A stretch of 64,000 nt of DNA from the human T2T-CHM13v2.0 reference genome, Homo sapiens. A program made the translations under genes and the position numbers. Numbering within the stretch: position 1 is the first letter of the stretch; every line of letters starts with the position of its first letter. Below, in pieces: positions 15,385 through 24,711 of the stretch. The DNA lies in assembly GCF_009914755.1 (NCBI RefSeq), contig NC_060933.1. One strand, given 5' to 3'. The notes beneath the pieces were generated by a model. That model worked only from the letters and a program-made list of their open reading frames with translations. It did not search any database and was not told where the DNA came from.

Positions 15385-15557
15385 TTTTTTTTTAAATGAG
15401 CTTTATCAAGGTATTTTAAGACATGTCCATCAACCCAAAAATTTCATTGTGCTTTTTGTCATTAGTTTCCTCTCCTAATCCCAATCCCAGACAACTTCAG
15501 ATCTGCTTTCTGACTCTGCAGTTCCTTCTTTTCTAGAAATTCCATACAAATGGACTC
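15385..15557 (-). mobile_element. Old L1 3'-end fragment
   Basis: GAGCTTTATCAAGGTA...CCCAGACAACT...TCTGCTTTCTG...TTCTAGAAATTCCATACAAATGGA resembles an L1M 3'UTR. Confidence 0.65.
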
Positions 15558-15570
15558 ATATGAGTCTTTT

Positions 15571-15864
15571 TTTTTTTTTTTTGACACAAAGTCTCACTCT
15601 GTTGTCCAGGCTGGAGTGCAGTAATGCGATCTTGGCTCACTGCAACCTCCGCCTCCTGGGTTCAAGAGATTCTCGTGCCTCAGCCTCCTAAGTAGCTAGA
15701 ATTACAGGCGCCCACCACCAGGCCTGGCTAAGTTTTGTATTTTTAGTAGAGATGAGGTTTCAGTATGTTGGCCAGGTTGGTCTCAAACTCCTGACCTCAG
15801 GTGATCCACCTGCCTCAGCCTCCCAAAGCGCTGGGATTACAGGCGTGAGCCATTGTGCCCGGCC
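15571..15864 (-). mobile_element. AluSx
   Basis: Full reverse dimer (CCTCAGGTGATCC). TSD ATATGAGTCTTTT at 15558-15570 and 15866-15878. Confidence 0.96.
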
Positions 15865-15883
15865 TATATGAGTCTTTTATTTG

Positions 15884-15978
15884 AAGTTGCAGTGAGCTAT
15901 GATTGCACCACTGATCCCCAGCCTGGGTGAAACAATGGGACCCTGTCTCCCAAAATAATAATAATGATAATAATAATA
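15884..15978 (+). mobile_element. Heavily 5'-truncated Alu (J/FRAM-like 3' end)
   Basis: GTTGCAGTGAGCTATGATTGCACCACTG...CAGCCTGGGTGA plus an (AAT)n tail, flanked by ATATGAGTCTTTT. Confidence 0.85.
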
Positions 15979-16679
15979 ATATGAGTCTTTTCTGTTTTAT
16001 GCCACTGCACTTTTGGGATATTTTGTTATGTAGCAATGAATGGCTGGAAGAACTTCCCTTTCCATTGTCTAGACATTGCATGAGTTTTATGAACAATTGT
16101 GCCCTTAAGGAGGGAAGGGTGCCTGATAATGGCTAAGACTGAATTCTCTCTTTAGGCTAATTTAAGTGGATTTAAAAGAAGTGGACATGTGCTGTTTCCT
16201 CTTTATCTGAGTTGGTAGACTAAGATTCATTTATGGTCTTTACCATGATGAAGTCAAGGGATAGGCCTATTTTTAGAGTAGTGTTTAAGGGTTCTACACA
16301 TTTTCATGAAACACGAAGAGCTACTGAATATGACCAGCTGACCAGCTCTGCTCCCCATCAGCTGCCTGTAACTGGGAAATGCAGCAGATCTTATCCATCC
16401 TTCCTTCTGGTGCCACAACATAGACCTGCTGCCTCATTCCTCTATTCCAGGGCTGTAGAAGGCGACGAAGGTCACATTATCAAGTGGGAAACTATTGTGC
16501 CTCTGTTGTTTCAGGGAATTTTAGACTTTTAGAATCCCTTACAGGTTTGGGAGCTTTATATTTTTATTCTTTGCCAACCCAAATATCAAGAAGCCTGAGA
16601 GGAAGAATTGACTAGGCAAATGAACTGCCGTGGAGCTGTTTCTTATTTATAGGAAAGTAGTTATAAAAATCAAGGAAAG

Positions 16680-16982
16680 AGCCTGGTGCCCTTGCTTATG
16701 CCTGGAATCCCAGCACTTTGGGAAGCTGAGGCAGGAGGATCGCTTGAGCCCAGGAGTTGGAGACCAACCTGGGCAACATAGGGAGACCCCATCTCTACAA
16801 AAAATTTAAAAATATAGCCAGGTGTGGTGGTGCATGCCTGTGGTTCCAGCTACTCAGGAGGCTGAGGTGGGAGAATCCCTTAAGCCCAGGAGGTCGAGGC
16901 TGTGAGGCATATGGCACCCCTATACTCCAGGCTGGGAGACAGAGTGAAACCCCATCAAAAACAAAACCAAACAAAACAAAAG
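16680..16982 (+). mobile_element. AluJ (Jo/Jr-like)
   Basis: GGAGGATCGCTTGAGCCCAGGAG...GGCAACATAG, with a (CAAAA)n-like tail. Confidence 0.93.
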
Positions 16983-17519
16983 GCAAGGAGACAAAATCTA
17001 TGGGGAAAGGAGTGGGTGAAAATTGAAGCAAACTCAGAAAAGTGTCCAAAATATTATGCCTAGAGGCAAACATAGGAAGGATCAAAAGAAAACATTTAGT
17101 CTCTCCTCACCCCTAATTTGCATGAAATCCAGTAAACACAAGTAAATGCACAACTAAACCGGGTTCTTTTCAACACCTCTGGGGAGGGCACTCACAAGTC
17201 CTCCTGGGGTAACTCAGAGCTATTTAAAAATAATAAAGGAAAAGAATACTGTTGACAGGTGCTATGTGCTTTGCTTGATGTAACCCTTGTTTCTCAAATT
17301 GGTTTGTCTCTAGGTAATATTTTTATTAATCCTCTCAGATGCTTTAGTGTCACTTCATTGAAATTAATTTTTTTGTTGTTGGTCCAGGTCTCTGCGGAAG
17401 ATGCTCTTTGTGGAGTGAATCGTTAACTGGGGAGGAGGCCACCTAGATTCAGTTATAGAACATCGTGGATTAGATTGTCATACATCAAGGAGCCGAGGAC
17501 CATTCCCTGGGTAGCGAAG

Positions 17520-17710
17520 GTGATTATGATTTATTGTAATTCTAAGTGGGCTCCAAGCTGGATAGAGGATTATCTGCTCATTACTCTCTCTTTGGAAAAT
17601 CCAATCCGAAAGGAGGTCTTTGGAGGTCACAGATCTTTGGAGGGTCTTTGTGTCTTGTTTCTTAAGTCTGTCTTTACTCACGTGTTTATAGAGGACATAG
17701 ATGAAGGCTG
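17520..17710 (+). mobile_element. CR1/L3 LINE reverse-transcriptase relic
   Basis: The translation KWAPSWIEDY...RKEVFGG...SVFTHVFIEDIDEG aligns by eye with the CR1 RT motif run WxxxWL...WREVxSG...PVLFNIFINDLDEG. Confidence 0.6.
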
Positions 17711-18084
17711 CTTGCCCCCTTTACATGGGACTGACAGTGCTCCCACTCAGTATGGCTCTCATCAGAGATCCCAGGAAACTCCCCCAAACCCACTGAAGTG
17801 AACTGTGGCTCAGACTCGGGAAGGAATGGCACATCCTGCATGTGTGTGTGTGACTCCTGGGTGATGTTCTCGGGGACAGGGGCGCCTTCTCCAGGAGTGG
17901 CCAGAGTCCTGTCTGACTTGGACCTGGTCATAACCCTGTCCACTGTGTCCTGGCCCTGTATTCTGCTGCTTTTCCATGAGCCTCACCATTTGGCCCACAT
18001 CTGGCCGGCCCCAGAGCTCTTAACACTATTGGAGTTGCCAGTCTCTGCCTCAAATTGCACAACATTTAGGTTTTTTTTTTTTAA

Positions 18085-18447
<363 letters not shown>

Positions 18448-19824
18448 TAGTCTAGATATTTATCTTTCTACTTATTATTTTATGGACTTACGCTGTTCTG
18501 GGAAGTTTTCTGAGCCACTCCTCCAAATAAGAATGCTCTCTGCTTATGTGTGATCTTAAAAATAAAATCCCTTTATTATTGATTGGAAATTTAAACTCAA
18601 TGACCTAGTTTCGGACTGAAACAGGTGTCACTTATAAACTAAGGGTTGCTTGGAAATTTTCTCATTATTCAAAAGCTTTTATTCCCCGCCCCCTACCCCT
18701 GTCCCCCCTCTGCTGCTCTCTGGTGATTTCCAATCTATTATTCAAGGATCTTTTGGTTGAAAAAGGTAGGGTTTAGAAAGATCTGACTCAACACTATCAC
18801 TTTATGGGGTCACTGTTGTTTTTTTTCTCTTTCTACACATAAGACACACTTACTTAGGTTGCAATGTTAATTAGCAAGCAAGAAAAGACAAGACAAGAGG
18901 AAAGCCGTAGCTTCTCTGACAATGAGAGTGCTTTGAATTCATGTGCACGCTGGCAGTTGCCTGGCCAGGAGTGGGGACACATGGAGGGATACTGGGCACA
19001 TGGAGTAGTATTAGTTCACCTTGACTTAGGTGGCTTTAGGTGGCTCCTCCTTTTATCCCTTGGAAGAATCCATGTTCTTTGCCTTTGGTAGAAATATTGT
19101 TTTGTATCTTAGCCAAACCCCATCGAGGCTTCTTTAAAAATAATGAGTCACAGTCATTTTCTTAAAAAGGGACAAAGAAAAGGCTAATCAGTAAACGTGA
19201 TATGGAGGAGAAAATTGGCATGCACATGTCAAGTGATTTAAGCCCCTTAGCAAGTGAGGGCTTTCTCCATCAGGCCAGACCTTGCATGATATATTTAATT
19301 GGGAGTCGGGTGGGAGTTTGGCGGAATTCCAAGCCAGAGCAACTCCAGGGAGAGAGGTGTGTGTGAGAAGAAGGGGTGTGGGGTGGAGTGAATACCTGAG
19401 CATTCAGAATCACAAAGGTTTCTAGGCAAAAATTATCCCTGCCCTCAACTAGACCCAATTAGGGAGAGTGACACAACCCACATCACTGCTTCTCAGCTCA
19501 TTAATTCCTGCCACTTGAGAATGCAGATTTTCTTTCCCCCTATCATATCTCAAGTCCCAGGCAATGTACTTGTAGCTTGTGATGCTGCTGCATGAAGGCC
19601 TCGTGGCCATGGCAGGCCATGCTGTACAGGGCTGGGGCTGTATCTGTTCCGTAATAAAAAGTCAGTAGACCCATGCAGAATGCTAGAAAGAGCCTCACAA
19701 TGACAAAGTGACTCCTGGTAATCCTAACTTTTTTGACTTAGTGGCAAAGCCTGACTTAAACCCCAAACCTTCTCATTTCAAGGTGAAATCATTCCCTTCT
19801 CCTGCTCTAAGGCTTAATAAGGTG

Positions 19825-20332
19825 TGTATTAATCTGCCAGGGCTGCCATAACAACATACCATGGGCTGTGAGGCTTACACAACAGAAATTTATTTTCTCA
19901 TTGTTCTGGAGGCTGGAAGTCCAAGATCAAGGTGTCAGCAGGTGTGGTTTCTCCCGAGGCCTCTCTCCCTGGCTTGCACTGCCTCTCACTGGAGGCAGTG
20001 AGAGGCTGGAAGTCCAACAGCAAGGTGTGTGCAGGTGTGGTTATTCTGGAGGCTGGAAATCCAAGATCACAGTGTCAGCAGGTGTGGTTTCTCCTGAGGC
20101 ATCTCTCCCTGGCTTGCACTGCCTCTACACTGTCCTCACATGGCCTTTCATCTCTGTTCTAGCATCTCTGGTAAGGACATCAGTCATATTGGATTAGGGC
20201 CCACTCTAACAGCCTCATTTTAACTTGATCACATCTTTAAGGGCCCTTTCTCCAAATACAGTCACATTCTGAGAGATTCAGGTTAGGACTTCAATGTATA
20301 AATCTTGGGAGAACACAGTTCAGCCCATAACA
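19825..20332 (-). mobile_element. MLT1A-like solo LTR with internal duplication
   Basis: TGTATT...GGGCTGCCATAACAA...CAGCCCATAACA termini. TSD AGGTG/GGGTG. An 83-bp segment is duplicated internally. Confidence 0.9.
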
Positions 20333-20815
20333 GGGTGTGACAAGGACATCAAGAACATGGGAGGGAGATCACAGCCTGTCTTGTGGCTTCCATGCAGTCA
20401 CTGACTCAACGTATAAACCAACATTCTGTATTTCCAGCCTTATTTCATTGTCTTTTTGGTCTGGGTGATGATCTTGTTTCTCAGTAATTGACCATTCAAA
20501 GGGTACCCAGTTCCACAAGGAGGATGATGTTGGCTCTCAATGTTGGCTATTGCACTTGAGAAATACTTGGAGGAGATCTAGCATGGGAATATATAAGGCA
20601 TGGTAGTCTGTAAAATTCTCTGGGAGGCCCCAGAGAGAAATCCTAATTTCCAGTCCTAATTTCTCTGTGGTTTTTTTTTTTGTACATTCCTTTTTTCCTT
20701 TCCTTCAAGGAATACACTTTACATAAATTTGCTTTGATCATGCATGTGGAGCAAGAGTCATGGAACATTTTAAAAAATACTTGTCTTTTCTCGACATTGT
20801 AAACATGATAATTTC

Positions 20816-21200
20816 TGTTACAGACTAAATATTTATGTCTCCCCCAACCCCACCAATTCATATGTTGAAGTCCCAACCCCCAATGTGATGGTATCTGGAG
20901 GTGAACCCTTTGGGAGGTAATTAGGGTTAGATGAGCTCACGAGGGTGGGGACCTCTTGATGGGATTAGTGGCTTTATAAGCAGAGGCAGAGAGAGATTTT
21001 TCTCTTTCTTCCAGGAGCACAGTGGAAAGGCCATATAAAGTCACAGTGAGAAGATGGTTATCTGCAAGCCAGGGAGAGAGCTCTCTACTGATACCAACCC
21101 TGCTGGCAGCTTGATCTTGGACTTCCAGCCTCTAGAACTGTGAGAAAATAAATTTTAGTTGTGTAAGCCACCCAGCTAGTGGTATTTTGTTATGGCAGTC
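20816..21200 (+). mobile_element. MLT1A-like solo LTR
   Basis: TGTTACAGACTAAAT...ATTCATATGTTGAAGTCCCAACCCCCAATGTGATGG...TTGATCTTGGACTTCCAGCCTCTAGAACTGTGAGAAAATAAA. Confidence 0.9.
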
Positions 21201-22886
21201 TACTACCATTTCCTAAGAAAAGAGTAATGCTTCTAGAAGAAAGGTAGGAGCAGCCATAATTTTAGAGAAAGTCATAGATCTTGGGTTTATCTATCAGATG
21301 CCTTTGAGTTCACAGACACCTCTAGAATTCTGTAGAGAACACTGATCTTTTTCACTTTGTGAGATTTAGGAGTGGAGCTTTCTACCAGGAGACACTAAGT
21401 CACTTGGTGGAATGTGACAGAGGCATGAGAATCAGGTTTCCCTGGCATAAACTGATGTGAGAATAGGTCACCAGGCACCTGCTATGGCTGGAAATGCCTG
21501 TGTACAGTGCGCGGTGCATTCACCCAGCACTTTCCTCGTTCGCCCACCAGGACTCTCCTCGTGTCAAATGTGCAGAAGGAAAGGAATGAGGGTCTGGCAT
21601 TTTAATGGATTCGGGGTAAAACACTGCATCCTCTGAAGTGATCCATATATTCTGGAAGTCAAAAATGTTTTATCTAAGTAAGCAGATCATTGCCTCAGTT
21701 CTCTTACAGTTTTTGAAATGTGTATGTGTTTGATTTGTACTTAAAGTGTCAGGTCCCTGACATCACAGTTGTGGGTGGTTAGATCTGATGTCAGGAGGGG
21801 ATATTAGGGACAGATAGAGAACTACAGGGAAGGCAACTTGATCCATGTCTGCTCTGGTGTGTCTCACACAGCTTTGAACCCATGGACCGGCCTCCTGCCC
21901 TTGGCTGCTGGGAAGCTTACAGCTCAGCCATCTCTGTGTTCTGGTTTCTTTCTTCCCATTCCCTGAAAGCAGTGACTAGGAGATAAGAATAACTTACACT
22001 GGAAGTGTGGCTGTGGACCTAAGTGGGGATAAGCATAATATACGAAGTGAATGCTGCTGACACCTAGCAGGCTGTTACTCTCCACTCTTGTTATCGGAGG
22101 CAGCAGGCAGGGGAGGAGATTCGGCTGATCTGTGTCCAGGTCCTGCTCTGAGGCTCCCTGGCTCAACACGACCTATTCACCCCGCTGACTTTGGCCTCCT
22201 CATCTGCAAAACGGGAGGAATTTCTGCCATGCCTGACTCACAGGGTTGCTGTGAAGATTAAATGAGAATATATTTGTAATTTGGGAACGTATTTGTAGTA
22301 TGTACTTATATCACATACATATGTAATATGTATGCATATATGTATGTGCATACATATAAATATGTATATGTATGAATTATTCTTATCATTTCCTAGTCAT
22401 CATTTTATGTGAAATGCGGCAATAATGGAGAACTTACGGGAGGCAAATTCAATGTTATGATTGACATTCTGAAAGGACCCTATGTGGGGGAGGAGGGGGG
22501 TGCAGTAATATATGACTTCGTTTGCGGTGAGAGGGCGTGCAGTTTTAAGTATGTGTGGCCTTCCAATTGTCTCTAGTTTGTTTTCTAAAACCACAGTTCA
22601 TGACATCCAGCTTTTACAAGACGAAATGTTTCCCTGATGAAAAAAATATTAGCAGTAGGTTAGAAATATCGAAAGAAACACATAAGTTTGTGCCCTCCAA
22701 TGTGTCTGTAAGACTCCTCGGAAAGATATCAGCTGGTATTCAAGAATTTTTTCTAACTTAAATTCATTTCTCCTCCTCCCTCCCCACCATTTTTTCCTAG
22801 TTAGAATTTAGTGTTTGCCGGCTGGGCTTGTTCAGCCTGTGCTTGTCGGCTCCAGCTTGGGTCAAACGTGAGCGGCTGGACATCAG

Positions 22887-22905
22887 GGACCACAAGGTGG
22901 CGCTC
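22887..22905 (+). promoter_or_regulatory. Strong CTCF core motif
   Basis: GGACCACAAGGTGGCGCTC closely matches the CTCF consensus CCA(C/G)(C/T)AG(A/G)(G/T)GGC(A/G)C. It lies in unique, locally GC/CpG-enriched sequence, with a GC box GGGGCGGAG at ~23050. Confidence 0.75.
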
Positions 22906-24297
22906 TTGCCCGTGGGGGTGGGATCTGGCCCACCTTAAGATGGCCTCCATCTCCCCTTGGCTGTGGTTCAGAATCCCCCCAGACTCATGCAAAGAGGGCA
23001 CAGCTATTTGTGAAGGAGGTCAGTGCCTGCAGCGAGATGATTGAAAGAAGGGGCGGAGCTCTGGATTCCTCTCTCTGGGTCAGCCTCTGGACTGATGCAG
23101 CGTTGATGCTGCACGTCCTGTGGAGTGGGTACACTGGGAGTCTAACCTGGAGACAGCCACTCACGCTTGACCCCTGTCCCAAAAAGAAAAAGGGTCACGA
23201 AGCTTTCAGGAAGCTCTACTCTGCTTTCTTCCCAATGATCTCCACAGCAATGGGCATTTCTTTTCTTTTTCCCCCTTGAAATTTAACTTAACGTTACATT
23301 TTATTTAATTATTTCTCCCCATGCCAAAAAAAAAAAAAGATACAGAATAGCTTAATTGAGACACTAAAAGAGAATAAACTGAATAAAAGGAACTCATGGC
23401 AAATGGAAATTAAAATGAAGATCAAGTTAGACTCAGTGTGCAAACCTATAGAGCCTATATATTTATGCTTGAAGTTCTCAGGGAAGCAAAAGCTCTTGCC
23501 TTGGGCCCCCTGCTGTAATGCAATTTGTGCAGACCCTGAAGGTATTCACAGAGCTGTCTGGGCCCTAAAGGCTGTCAGCCCCATCCTCCAGGCCCTCTCT
23601 CTCTTCCTTGACGGCTGGTCAGATGTTAGAGGTTGCAGCAGAGGACTCTGAGACCCTAGGGAATGGCAGGGCCACAAAAAGAAAGTGCCTGGGTCCCTGA
23701 ATTGCTGTGTGGATGAGAGCTTCCCACTGACCAGGAACCCCTCTTGGAACTTTATAAGGTCTGTTGTGTTTGAAATTGTTGGTTGAAGCAATAGCCTGTC
23801 TGATTAATATGCTTTCCATTGTAGTCTGGGCAGCCTTGAGAACCACCAGGAGCTTGAGCGACAGTCAGAATCATGTTGGCTGTGAGCCTGTAACCTGGTT
23901 GATTGTGTGCCTGTCCTGTGTGTCCCAGCTGGTGCCATGTGCCTCCTTAGGCCTGCTATAGATTTGTGATTCTATCACTGAAATTTGCTTTGGTCGCTGA
24001 TTATCACTTTCTTCCTACTGCTGCTTATTTTCTGCCCATTCAGAAGTGGAGGATGATTTTTTTCTCAATTGACCAAAGATTTAGCTCTAGCATTAGATAT
24101 TCAGCTTACCAAGGCATTACACCTTTTGCCTATAGCTTTTCTTCTTTCCCAGTCCATTCCCCAGGATACCGTTTCCCAAATTGTTCTGTGGAACACTAGC
24201 TTAGTACATGATATCGATAAATATGTGGGGATAAAGAAGGGTTTTATGGCCAAATTATTGAGGAAAAAAATGGATTAGATGAAGTTAAAGATTTCTT

Positions 24298-24439
24298 GAT
24301 GAGTATGGTGGCACATGCCTGTAGTCCAGGCTACCTGAGAGGCTGAGGCAGGAGGATTGCTTGAGCCCAGGAGTTAGAGTCCAGCCTAGGCAACATAGTG
24401 ACACTCTCTGTAAAATAAATAAACAAGACAATTAAAAAA
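24298..24439 (+). mobile_element. FLAM monomeric Alu
   Basis: Single Alu arm. TSD AAAGATTTCTT at 24287-24297 and 24440-24450. Confidence 0.88.
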
Positions 24440-24487
24440 AAAGATTTCTTTAATGCAGGACTTCTCGGAGCTTTTAACATTCTAGTG

Positions 24488-24711
24488 AAGGGAACAGCAA
24501 AGTGTGGCTCATAGGCCAAATCTGACCTGCCATCTGCTTTTGCAAGTAAAGTTTTATTGGAACACAGCCATGCTCATTTGTTGACATATTCTCCATGGCT
24601 GCATTCTTGCTGCAGTGGCAGAGGTGAGTAGCTACCTCAGTGACCAAATAGCACACAAAGCAGAAAATATGTACTTTTTGGCCTTTTAGAGAAAAGGTTT
24701 CCCAACCTCTG
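24488..24711 (+). mobile_element. MER58A MITE
   Basis: GGCCAAATCTGACC...TAAAGTTTTATTGGAACACAGCCATGCTCATTTG...GGCCTTTTAGAGAAAAGGTTTCCCAACCTCTG. Confidence 0.88.

Larger units (their letters stand above)
14510..16050 (+). mobile_element. MLT1H/G-like MaLR LTR in three pieces (split by THE1D and by an L1/Alu block)
   Basis: CCCCTTGCATCTGGGCTGGCC (14622) and CAGATGATTCCAGCC...CCCAGACATTGTGGAACAGAGACAAGC (15236-15305). The terminus TTTTGTTATGTAGCAAT is at ~16021. TTATGCCACT is duplicated at 15373 and 15997 around the inserted block. Confidence 0.75.

Noticed and set aside
22018-22051. loxP-like sequence GCATAATATACGAAGTGAA
   Set aside because: Only the right arm matches (11/13 to TATACGAAGTTAT) and there is no left arm. 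It is a chance half-site, not vector contamination.
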